NCBI GenBank assembly: GCA_046484135.1
Contig: JAWOBU010000027.1
Location: forward strand, 1 to 24,132
DNA length: 24,132 nucleotides
Source: a bacterium
GTDB taxonomy: Bacteria; RBG-13-61-14; DATKZS01
Direction: 5' to 3'
The notes below the pieces were generated by a model that was not told the DNA's origin, did not search any database, and worked only from the letters and a program-made list of their open reading frames with translations. Made by a program: the position numbers and the translations under genes. The first letter of the stretch is position 1; the number at the start of each line of letters is the position of its first letter. Shown piece after piece: positions 1 to 8,397 of the stretch.

Positions 1-851
1 CGCGTAAACAGGCCGCCCCCCGCAAGCAGAATCTCGTGGACGCGGGGGTAAGTGTTTAGATACTCGGCAAGCTCCGGCGTGCGGGTGGTGACCGCTTTGT
101 CGAAGAAAAGCAGGGCGGGAATTATCTGGCAGGAGGACATGATCCAGGCGGCTGCAGCGGCCGCGCAAAGGATCGCCAGGCTCCTTGCAATCGTCTTGAT
201 CGGGTAGCGGGCCTTTAATACATATAGTAAAAGCCAGGCGGGCAAGAGATACGCGGACAGGACCACGAGCTGGGCGTCGCCGGAGATAAGCAGGAAAAAG
301 ACCGCTACAGCATTCCCGGCAAAAAAGCTGAGCCGGGGGCGATCATTGATTTCCATGCAGGTCCAGAGCCAGCACATAATCCAGGGCAGGGCATTGGCGA
401 TTTCGTAGACTGCATTGAGCCATGGGATAAATCCGGAAATGGCGGCGAGGAGAGCTGCTGCCGCAGACCCCCATTCGCTTGCGCCCGCCCGGCGGAAGAC
501 GAGAAAAGAGAACAGGGCCAGAAGCTCCATGTTGAAAAACGACAAAAGTGCTGTGGTCGTACCTACCTTGAAACCGCCGAAAAGAAGAACCAACGGATGA
601 AAGATGGCAGGAAGGTACCAGCCCGCTATCGGAACTCCCATGTTCTGGTGGATGTACCAGAAAGGGGTATGGGCAGTATCGTAAAAAGAAGAGACGATGT
701 TAACTAAAGTGGGGATTCCCCACATAAGATCATAGTGGAAGTTGGCAGGGTCCTGGAAGGAAACATTCAGAAAAAGCGGTTTGATAAAGAAAACAAATAT
801 AATTGAAAAAACCCACAATAAAGGAGATACATGTTTTGCAGACTTTTCCAT
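1..851 (-). CDS. YfhO-like / GT-C fold polytopic membrane protein, putative glycosyltransferase (3' end runs off the window)
   Basis: Not in the ORF track because it has no stop in the window. Manual translation from ATG 851 is open for 283 codons to the edge: MEKSAKHVSPLLWVFSIIFVFFIKPLF...PFWYIHQNMGVPIAGWYLPAIFHPLVLLF...SGDAQL...SSCQIIPALLF. Many hydrophobic helices; P-x-W...G-x-P...F-(Y/H)-P-L and Q-I-I-P motifs resemble YfhO-family proteins. Confidence 0.7.
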   Translation of the reverse strand, partial: MEKSAKHVSPLLWVFSIIFVFFIKPLFLNVSFQDPANFHYDLMWGIPTLVNIVSSFYDTAHTPFWYIHQNMGVPIAGWYLPAIFHPLVLLFGGFKVGTTTALLSFFNMELLALFSFLVFRRAGASEWGSAAAALLAAISGFIPWLNAVYEIANALPWIMCWLWTCMEINDRPRLSFFAGNAVAVFFLLISGDAQLVVLSAYLLPAWLLLYVLKARYPIKTIARSLAILCAAAAAAWIMSSCQIIPALLFFDKAVTTRTPELAEYLNTYPRVHEILLAGGGLFT

Positions 852-993
852 CCATCGGTCCTTTTCACTTAACCCGGATCATAAGAACCAGCGGGCAATT
901 AATTTTAAGTTTTAAAAGTTGATTCAGCAATTCTACAATCGGGACTTCATTTGCGCTCGGAATGGAGCGGGATATTTCAGATATCATAAGAGA

Positions 994-1023
994 ATGATAA
1001 GAAATTTTTGGTGGTTTGCGCAA
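994..1023 (-). promoter_or_regulatory. Possible sigma70-type promoter for the YfhO-like gene
   Basis: Minus strand TTGCGC (1023-1018), 18 nt spacer, TATCAT (999-994), in an AT-rich intergenic region. Confidence 0.3.
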
Positions 1024-1142
1024 GTATTGGTTGAACTTACTTATAGCAGGGTAAAGGAATATAACAAAAGCCGAAAGAATGCAACCAGTACCGCCGTCGG
1101 ATGAATTTAGAGAAGAGAATCCTTGTTTACCAATCAAACCTG

Positions 1143-1171
1143 TTGCCATGAACCGTCTCTGCGGGTATCAT
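1143..1171 (+). promoter_or_regulatory. Sigma70-type promoter for glpAB
   Basis: TTGCCA (1143-1148), 17 nt spacer, TATCAT (1166-1171), about 47 nt before the GTG start, which has a GGAGGA Shine-Dalgarno. Confidence 0.5.
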
Positions 1172-1218
1172 GAAATGGTTAAGCGCTGAAGGCGCCCTCT
1201 TGGTTTGGAGGAGACGAA

Positions 1219-2862
1219 GTGGAAGAGTTTTTTGATGTTGTTGTCGTGGGCGGGGGAGTAAACGGCACGGGTATCGCCCGCGACCTGGCCATGCGGGGAG
1301 TGAAGACCCTGCTTCTCGAAAAGCGAGATTTCTCGAGCGGGGCCACCGGCGGAAGCTCCGGCATGATCCACGGCGGGCTCCGGTACCTCCTCTACGACAT
1401 AGACGTGACGCGCCACTCCTGCATAGACTCCGGCTACATCCAGCAGATCGCGCCACACATGCTCTTCCGGATCCCCTTTATAATGCCGCTTCCCCACCGG
1501 CTTTCCGCGCCCTTCTTCAAGACCTACTTCGAGGTCTACGACAAGTACGCCCACTACAAACGCGGCAAGCCCTCGACCCTGCTCTCTCGCGAGAAGGTGC
1601 TTGAAATCATGCCCGTACTGGACCCGAGAATCCAGGGCGCAGTAACAACCGACGAGTGGGGAATAGACCCGCAAAGGCTCTGCGCGGCCAACGCGCTCGC
1701 GGCCTTCGAGAACGGCGCCGCTATAAGGAACCACACCGAGGTCGTCGAATTCATGAAAGACCACGCCGGCAACGTGGTCGGAGTAAAAACCAAAGACCGC
1801 TTCGGGCACCAAAACACCATAAAGAGCAGGATAGTGATGCACGCCACCGGGCCCTGGCTCAGCAGGACGAGCCTGATGGCCGGAGTGAACGTCAAGATCA
1901 GGCCCGGCAAAGGGGTCCACCTCACTTTCGACCGGAGGCTCACCAACATGAGCGTGATCCTGTCCATGATTGACGGCCGGTCCAGCTTTTTCATGCCCCA
2001 CGAGAACACCTCGGTGCTGGGGACCACTGACGACGATTACTACGGCGACCTGGACGACCTCCGGGTCACCGAGGACGAAATCGAGTATCTTCTTGAAGGC
2101 GCGGAAAGGATGATCCCTTCCATCCGAGAGGCCCGCATCATAAGGGCATGGGCGGCGATTCGGCCCACCCTGTACGCCTGGGGCAAGGACGAGGACGCCC
2201 TCTCCCGCGACCACATGGTCTGCGATCACGAAAAGCTGGACGGCGTCTCCGGCATCGTCTCCATTGCCGGCGGCAAGCTGGCATCATACCGGATGATGAG
2301 CGAGGAGGCCGCCGACCTGGTCGCCGACAAGCTGGGCGTGTCCGCGAAGTGTCGGACCCACGAGGTACCCCTGCCCGGCGGCGAAAAAACGCCGGACCCG
2401 GCCGAGCTTGCCCGCAGGTACGGCGTGTCCGCGTACGCCGCTTCCCGCATGGTCTACCGCCACGGCAACCGGGCGGAACAGATACTCGAATTGACCCGCG
2501 AGCGCCCCGAGCTTAAAACCACCGTCTGCCAGTGCGAGCCGGTCCTGGCCTGCGAGCTGGTCTACAGCATCAGGAAGGAATGGGCGGTTTCTCTGACCGA
2601 CCTCAGAAACCGGACCCGTCTGGGCACCGGCCCCTGCCAGGGCGCCAGGTGCGCAAGCCGGGCCATGGGAATACTCGCCAAAGAGCTCGGCCTCTCCGGT
2701 CGAGAGATACAGGAGCAGATCCTCTCCTTCCTGGAAAGAAGATGGCGCGGCAAAAGGCCGATCCTGGACGGCACCATGATTGATCAGGAAGAGATGAACC
2801 AGGCCGCCCATTTCCTGGCCGGGAACCTCCGCAACCTGGCCGGCATCAAGGGGTTCGACTGA
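1219..2862 (+). CDS. glpA: Anaerobic-type glycerol-3-phosphate dehydrogenase subunit A (FAD-dependent, C-terminal BFD-like [2Fe-2S] domain)
   Basis: Motifs DVVVVGGGVNGTGIARDLAMRG, GATGGSSGMIHGGLRYL, PGKGVHL, GTTD, GGKLASYRMMSE; C-terminal VCQCE...RTRLGTGPCQGARC. GTG start with GGAGGA RBS. Confidence 0.9.
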   Translation: MEEFFDVVVVGGGVNGTGIARDLAMRGVKTLLLEKRDFSSGATGGSSGMIHGGLRYLLYDIDVTRHSCIDSGYIQQIAPHMLFRIPFIMPLPHRLSAPFFKTYFEVYDKYAHYKRGKPSTLLSREKVLEIMPVLDPRIQGAVTTDEWGIDPQRLCAANALAAFENGAAIRNHTEVVEFMKDHAGNVVGVKTKDRFGHQNTIKSRIVMHATGPWLSRTSLMAGVNVKIRPGKGVHLTFDRRLTNMSVILSMIDGRSSFFMPHENTSVLGTTDDDYYGDLDDLRVTEDEIEYLLEGAERMIPSIREARIIRAWAAIRPTLYAWGKDEDALSRDHMVCDHEKLDGVSGIVSIAGGKLASYRMMSEEAADLVADKLGVSAKCRTHEVPLPGGEKTPDPAELARRYGVSAYAASRMVYRHGNRAEQILELTRERPELKTTVCQCEPVLACELVYSIRKEWAVSLTDLRNRTRLGTGPCQGARCASRAMGILAKELGLSGREIQEQILSFLERRWRGKRPILDGTMIDQEEMNQAAHFLAGNLRNLAGIKGFD

Positions 2863-4217
2863 TGGCCGACCAGGTAGCAATAATCGGAGGCGGACTCGCC
2901 GGGGTAACCGCGGCCCTGTTTGCCTTTAAACAGGGTGCCCGGCCGGTGCTGGTCAAAAAGGGAGGAGGAGCAACTTCTTTCTCCTCCGGCGGGCTCGACC
3001 TGGCAGTGGACCCATATCCTCCGCCCCAAAGGCCGGACAAGGTCGAGACCAGAAGCCGCAAAAACCTGGCCCGATATGTCCTCAACATGCCGCAACACCC
3101 TTACTTGACTCTGGTGGGCAAACGCGACGAAGATGAGTCTGAAAACATAATGCAAATGCTCAAGGCCGCCTGCGAAGAGGTCTTTCCGGAAGGATCGGAA
3201 CTGGAGCTGGAAGGCGACGTGGAACTCGCCCGGCCCTTGTTCACTTCGCTGGGAACCGTAAAGTACACTAACCTCTTCCCCGCCCGCACCGCGGGGCCGG
3301 AAAGCCCCGGCCTCGCAAAGCCGCTGGTGGCGGGAGTGCGCGGGCTTGTTGACTTCGACCCCTGGAGCGCCGGCCAGGTGGCGGCCGAGAACGCACAAAG
3401 GATGGGAGTCTCTATCAATCCCTCCATCGCCTGGATCGCGTTCGGCGAGCAGGAAAGACAAACCCCGGCGCTTGCGGCCGCGATCGAACAAGACCCCGCC
3501 GCTTTCCTCGAAGCGGTGGCGGCGCTCGATGTTACCGGAGCCGAGTCGCTTCTGCTCCCGCCGGCGTTGCCGCTCGCAAGGCGGCATTCCATCTTGAAGG
3601 AACTCGAAGAAAGGCTTTCCCTGCCGGTGTATGAAACGCTTTCCCTGCCTCCGTCCGTGCCCGGACTGCGGCTTTCCAGCTATCTCGCGGGCCTTTTGCG
3701 GGAAAAAGAAATCCCGGTCATAAACGGAACGGTTACAGGCTACAGAGCGGACACGACCGGCCTAACCGGCCTCGAAATCGAGCCTTCTTCCAACCCCGGA
3801 GACAAAGCACAACAATGGGCCGGGCCCGGCAAGGACGGCATGCTCCGCCTTCCCGTCTCCTCTGTCGTTCTGGCCGCGGGAAAGTTCGCCGCCGGAGGTC
3901 TCGCCAAAAAGAGGAGCTTCCGCGAAAAAATCTTTGATCTGCCCGTGGCTGTAAACGGAGAGTTCTGCGGTGAGCTCTTTGTCGAAAAGGTCCTCGGCCA
4001 CCACGTGTCCGACTCTCATCTCCTGTTCAGCGCCGGTGTGCTGACCGACCGTGAACTCAGGCCACTCGACCCGCAAGGAGACCCGGTTTACCAAAACCTC
4101 TACGCCGCGGGCGGGGTGCTCTCCGGAAACGACTACATGACACAGGGCACCGGCGCGGGTGTGGCCCTGGCCTCCGGCCTCAAAGCAGGCGAGAACACTG
4201 CCAAAAGACGCGATTGA
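2862..4217 (+). CDS. glpB: Anaerobic glycerol-3-phosphate dehydrogenase subunit B
   Basis: TGATG overlap with glpA. Motifs VAIIGGGLAG, ATSFSSGGLDL, TSLGTVK, LPPSVPGLRL, LAAGKFAAGGL, GVLTDRELRP, NLYAAGGVL, GAGVALASG. Confidence 0.87.
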   Translation: MADQVAIIGGGLAGVTAALFAFKQGARPVLVKKGGGATSFSSGGLDLAVDPYPPPQRPDKVETRSRKNLARYVLNMPQHPYLTLVGKRDEDESENIMQMLKAACEEVFPEGSELELEGDVELARPLFTSLGTVKYTNLFPARTAGPESPGLAKPLVAGVRGLVDFDPWSAGQVAAENAQRMGVSINPSIAWIAFGEQERQTPALAAAIEQDPAAFLEAVAALDVTGAESLLLPPALPLARRHSILKELEERLSLPVYETLSLPPSVPGLRLSSYLAGLLREKEIPVINGTVTGYRADTTGLTGLEIEPSSNPGDKAQQWAGPGKDGMLRLPVSSVVLAAGKFAAGGLAKKRSFREKIFDLPVAVNGEFCGELFVEKVLGHHVSDSHLLFSAGVLTDRELRPLDPQGDPVYQNLYAAGGVLSGNDYMTQGTGAGVALASGLKAGENTAKRRD

Positions 4218-4279
4218 CCCGCGGCCACTTCTTTCTGCTCGCGACCCACGACTCCAAAAAACGAAAAGATTCCCTCCCG

Positions 4280-4308
4280 TTCACAGCAGAGGACAAAGCG
4301 GTTATAAT
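4280..4308 (+). promoter_or_regulatory. Sigma70 promoter for prfB
   Basis: TTCACA (4280-4285), 17 nt spacer, TATAAT (4303-4308); AAGGAG RBS precedes ATG 4357. Confidence 0.7.
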
Positions 4309-4356
4309 AATTAAAACGGAAAAGATAATGATAAAACGCGAAAAGGAGCGGATACC

Positions 4357-5503
4357 ATGTTTTTCGAACACCGAGAAAAGCTGACCGAGCTGAAGGAAGA
4401 GTACAGGCAGCTCCGGGGGTATGTTTGACCTGGAACGCATGGAGAAGGACCACGCCGAGCTTGGCTCTCAAATGGAGTCATCGGACTTCTGGAACGACCC
4501 CGACCGCGCCGCCGCGATAAACCGGAAGCAGAAGCGGCTCCAGGAGAAGATAGAAAAGTTCAAGGAGCTTGAAAAGGAGCTGGACGACGCCGAGGTCCTT
4601 CTTGACCTGGCCGAGGAGGAGGAAGACCAGGGCGAGGCTGATGAAGCCGCCCGCCTCATAGACCTTCTTAGCGAGCGTGTCTCCAAGCTCAAGCTCGAAC
4701 AGCTCCTGTCCGGCGAACACGACGAGAACAACTGCTTTCTTTCCATCAACGCGGGCGCGGGCGGCACCGAGGCCCAGGACTGGGCCCAGATGCTCTCCCG
4801 GATGTACCTTCGTTACTGCGAGCGGGTAGGCTTCGAGGTCGAGCTATTTGATGAACAGCCCGGCGAAGAAGCGGGTCTGAAAAGCATTACCTTTTCCGTG
4901 TCCGGGCTTTACGCTTACGGTTACCTCAAGGCGGAAAAGGGGGTCCACCGACTGGTGCGCATCTCTCCCTACGACGCCGCCAAGCGACGGCACACCAGCT
5001 TTGCCGCGGTGTTCGTCATGCCCGAGATAGAAGAGGACATCAACATCGAGGTAAACTCTGACGACATCCGGGTTGACACCTACAGGGCCAGCGGCCACGG
5101 CGGCCAGAAGGTGAATAAGACCAGCTCCGCGGTGCGCATAACCCATTATCCTTCCGGCATAGTGGTCCAGTGCCAGAACGAGCGCAGCCAGCACAAGAAC
5201 AAGGCCCAGGCCATGAAGGTCTTGAAGGCCAAGCTTTACGAGCTCGAGCAGACCAGGCAGAAGCAGAAGATGGAGGGATTCGCCGCGGACAAGAAGGACA
5301 TCGAGTGGGGCTCCCAGATAAGATCATACGTGCTTCAGCCCTACCAGCTCGTCAAGGACCTGCGTACCGGACACGAGACCGGCAACATCCAGGCGGTGCT
5401 GGACGGCGACATCCAGAACTTTATCGAGAGCTACCTTCTGCACCAGGCCCGTCCTTCCGAGGGCCAGGAAAAAGAAGAACCAATGGAAGAAAGCGCAAGC
5501 TGA
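4357..5503 (+). CDS. prfB: Peptide chain release factor 2, made by +1 programmed frameshift (join 4357..4425, 4427..5503; about 381 aa)
   Basis: ORF0 from ATG 4357 is MFFEHREKLTELKEEYRQLRGYV-stop. The +1 frame carries GAGGTEAQDWA, EKGVHRLVRISPYD, RRHTSFA, GGQ and WGSQIRSYV. The track start at 4421 lies inside the frameshift cassette. Confidence 0.95.
4414..4429 (+). promoter_or_regulatory. prfB +1 ribosomal frameshift cassette (variant)
   Basis: CGGGGG TAT GTT TGA C: internal SD-like G run, 3-nt spacer, slippery codon, UGA-C stop. Canonical form is AGGGGG TAT CTT TGA C. Confidence 0.85.
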
Positions 5504-5629
5504 TCCATACCCGGCGACTTGCATCTTGAAAAAGGCGCGTGTCCTTGCCGTGCGAGCGACTTAACTCGCGATTAGACCAGCGCGAACAAGTAAAGACGTT
5601 AAAAAACGTAAACTCCTTTTTTTAAAAAC

Positions 5630-7228
5630 ATGGATAAAAAAAGCGGTAAAGAAAAATCAAATCAACCCTCATCCTGGCCCTTCCAGGAAGCGGCCCGGCT
5701 GAACCTCGACAAATTGGGCCCGGACGAAACCGTGGTTTTCCAGAGCGGGTTCGGTCCGTCCGGCCGGCCCCATATCGGGACCTTCGCAGAGGTCGCCCGC
5801 ACCGTAATGGTTAAAAACGCTTTTCAGGACATGCATCCGGACCGGCAGGCGACCCTGTACGCCTTTTGCGACGACATGGACGGCCTGCGCAAGGTCCCCG
5901 GAAACCTGCCCAACCGAAAGATGCTAAAGGAACACATCGGAAAGCCGCTCCATCAAATACCCGACCCCTTTGAAACCGACGAGTCCTACTCCGCCCACAT
6001 GGAGCGCGAGCTGATCGAGTTCCTCTCCCGCTTCGGCTTCGATTTCGAGCTGAAAAGCTCGAAAGACGAGTACAGCTCCGGGGCCTTCAACCAGGGACTT
6101 CACCTGGTGCTCGAAAACTACGACAAGGTCCGCGAGGTCATTCTTCCCACCCTGGGCGAAGAAAACCGGCAAGAGTGGTCGCCCGTAATACCCGCCTGCC
6201 GGAACTGCGGCCGTATCTACACCACCGTGGTGACCGGCCACAACGCCGAGCGCGACACCGTGAGCTACTCCTGCACCGCTTCCTTCGGCAAAGGCGACGA
6301 CATGGTCAAAGGATGCGGCCACCACGACGAGGTGTCCGTCCTCGATGGAAATGCCAAGGTGGGATGGAAAGTGGACTGGGCCTTGCGCTGGTTCTCCTAC
6401 AAGGTTAGATACGAGATGTACGGCAAGGACCTCATAGACTCCGCCCGCCTCTCCGGAAAAATCTGCCGCATCCTGGGCGGAGACCCGCCCGCCGGCATGG
6501 TCTACGAGATGTTCCTCTCCGAGCAAGGAAAGAAGATATCCAAGAGCGTGGGAGAAGGACTCAGCGTGGACGAGTGGATGACCTATGCGCCCATCGAAAG
6601 CCTGTTCTTCTATCTCTTCCCGAACCCCAAAAAACAAAGGCGTCTTTACTTCGACGTGATTCCCAAAAGCGTGGACGACTACCTGGCCGAGCTGAAAAAG
6701 TACCCGGACCTGGACCCGGCATCCCAAAAGGACAGCGTGGTATGGCATCTTTCCAAAATCGGAAGAACGGTCCCCGCCTACACCGCCCGCATAAACTTCT
6801 CGCTGGTGTTAAACCTCATATCAGCCATCGGCGCCGGAGACCGGCAACTCCTTCACGAGTACATCCGGCGCTACGACCCGGAGGCTTCCGATAACCCCGC
6901 GGTCACGGACAAGCTCGTGGACCGGGCCATACGCTACTACCTGGACCTGGTCGAGCCGTACAAGAACTATCGCGAGCCCGAAGAAAAAGAGAAAGACTGG
7001 TTCCGGAGCATATTGGAAAAGCTCGGCGACTATGAAGGAGACGATGAAAACGATCTGCAGGCCATGATATTCGACACCGCCCGCGAGCACGGAGCGGCGC
7101 CCGGCGAGGTTTTCCAGGCCTTCTACCAGGTGCTTCTCGGCCAGGACCGGGGTCCGCGCTTCGGCACCTTTGTGAAGCTGGTGGGAAAGGACAGGGCCAT
7201 GCAAATGATAAGTAAGGCACTTTCCTGA
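5630..7228 (+). CDS. lysS: Lysine--tRNA ligase, class I (LysRS1)
   Basis: SGFGPSGRPHIGTFAEVART (HIGH-like), DDMDGLRKVP, CRNC...C...C putative Zn insert, GWKVDWALRW, YEMYGKDL, KISKSVG (KMSKS-like), C-terminal GPRFG. Confidence 0.95.
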   Translation: MDKKSGKEKSNQPSSWPFQEAARLNLDKLGPDETVVFQSGFGPSGRPHIGTFAEVARTVMVKNAFQDMHPDRQATLYAFCDDMDGLRKVPGNLPNRKMLKEHIGKPLHQIPDPFETDESYSAHMERELIEFLSRFGFDFELKSSKDEYSSGAFNQGLHLVLENYDKVREVILPTLGEENRQEWSPVIPACRNCGRIYTTVVTGHNAERDTVSYSCTASFGKGDDMVKGCGHHDEVSVLDGNAKVGWKVDWALRWFSYKVRYEMYGKDLIDSARLSGKICRILGGDPPAGMVYEMFLSEQGKKISKSVGEGLSVDEWMTYAPIESLFFYLFPNPKKQRRLYFDVIPKSVDDYLAELKKYPDLDPASQKDSVVWHLSKIGRTVPAYTARINFSLVLNLISAIGAGDRQLLHEYIRRYDPEASDNPAVTDKLVDRAIRYYLDLVEPYKNYREPEEKEKDWFRSILEKLGDYEGDDENDLQAMIFDTAREHGAAPGEVFQAFYQVLLGQDRGPRFGTFVKLVGKDRAMQMISKALS

Positions 7229-7248
7229 CAAAGCGGCAAGAAGCTTCC

Positions 7249-8397
7249 ATGCAGGACTCAACCTACAAATCCATAACCCTGGTTCATACCGCCGACTTCC
7301 ACCTGGGCAGGGCGTTCCGGGAGATGGGAGGACATGGAAGGCTTCTTCGCGACCGCATCAGAAAGGCCCTGGAAAGGACGGTGGAGACTGCGCTCGAACG
7401 CCGGGCCGCGGCGTTGCTCGTCGCAGGCGACCTGTTCGACTCGCCCTATCCCTGCCGGGAGGCCATGTCCTGCCTGGCTTCCGCCGCGGACAGGCTCGAG
7501 TCGGCAGGAGTCAAAATTGTGGTGCTTCCCGGCACCCACGATCCTCCCCGCTCCCGCGTGTTCAATAACTCGCTTTTTTGCGAGGACCGGAACTTACACT
7601 TGCTTACGCCTTCCGTTCCCTCGGTGACCTTCCCCCGCCTGGACCTGGCGGTGTGCGGCTGGTTCCCGGCAGAGGACTGCTCCCGCCAGTGGATCGGACC
7701 GCCGGACGGCTGGCAGCAGGGTATGAGCTTTTGCGTGGGCATGGCCCACGGGAGCGTGCTTACCGGCCTGGAGGCCAAGGTCGAGGACCCCATTCCCCCC
7801 GAGGTTTTAAACGACTCCTCCATTCATTACCTGGCGCTCGGGCACCACCACAGCCGGAGAGAAATAAAGGAGGCCCGGGCTGCGGCCTGTTACTCCGGCT
7901 CGCCCGAGGTGCTGGCCCTGGACCAGAAGGGGGCGGGCCAGGTGCTTTGCGTCTCCATGACCAGGAACGCCGAAGGCGTACAAGTTATGACCGACCCGGT
8001 GCAGGTGGGGTCCCTCCGGGTCGAGACCATGCAAGCGGACGCGGGCGAAATACTGGCCGGCCGGGACTTAAACTCGGAGCTTCAAAGCAAGGCGGACCCG
8101 GACCTCATGCTGGACCTGGAGGTCTCCGGCAACCTGGACCCTCAGGCCGATTTCCCGGACCTGGAACAAATGGAACAGGACATGGCGTCCTCCTTCTTCC
8201 GGCTCCGCATCAATGACCGAACGCGACTGATGGCCGGGCCCTCCGAAAGCATAGACGCGCCGGAAGCGTCCGTGCTCTCCGAGTTTGCAAGGCGCATGGA
8301 GCAAAGGATAAAAGAAGCCTCGGACGAGGAGCGGCCCGAGTGGGAGGCCGCGCTGAATCTGGGGTTTCATTTTCTTTGCGGGGAAGACCGGGACTGA
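7249..8397 (+). CDS. Mre11/SbcD-family (YhaO-like) metallophosphoesterase DNA exonuclease
   Basis: Motifs HTADFHLG, AGDLFD, PGTHD, AHG, YLALGHHH, YSGSPE; overlaps the downstream SMC-like ATPase gene. Confidence 0.88.
   Translation: MQDSTYKSITLVHTADFHLGRAFREMGGHGRLLRDRIRKALERTVETALERRAAALLVAGDLFDSPYPCREAMSCLASAADRLESAGVKIVVLPGTHDPPRSRVFNNSLFCEDRNLHLLTPSVPSVTFPRLDLAVCGWFPAEDCSRQWIGPPDGWQQGMSFCVGMAHGSVLTGLEAKVEDPIPPEVLNDSSIHYLALGHHHSRREIKEARAAACYSGSPEVLALDQKGAGQVLCVSMTRNAEGVQVMTDPVQVGSLRVETMQADAGEILAGRDLNSELQSKADPDLMLDLEVSGNLDPQADFPDLEQMEQDMASSFFRLRINDRTRLMAGPSESIDAPEASVLSEFARRMEQRIKEASDEERPEWEAALNLGFHFLCGEDRD

Noticed and set aside
865..1149. Small ORFs 865..1149 (-) and 919..1104 (+)
   Set aside because: They lie in an AT-rich divergent promoter region, with no recognisable motif or convincing RBS.
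4950..4985. RF2 stop-recognition tripeptide SPY instead of SPF as a sign of an altered genetic code
   Set aside because: It is a conservative aromatic change that I recall in other RF2s, and genes here end normally in TGA, TAA and TAG.
4421..5503. Track ORF (360 aa) as the complete prfB
   Set aside because: Its ATG lies inside the frameshift cassette with no properly spaced SD. The SD-led ORF0 at 4357 supplies the normal RF2 N-terminus. The split is programmed, so this is not a pseudogene.
8340..8396. Upstream start of the Rad50-like ORF
   Set aside because: It overlaps the nuclease gene. MRITRLEL at 8397 is a typical family N-terminus with TGATG coupling.
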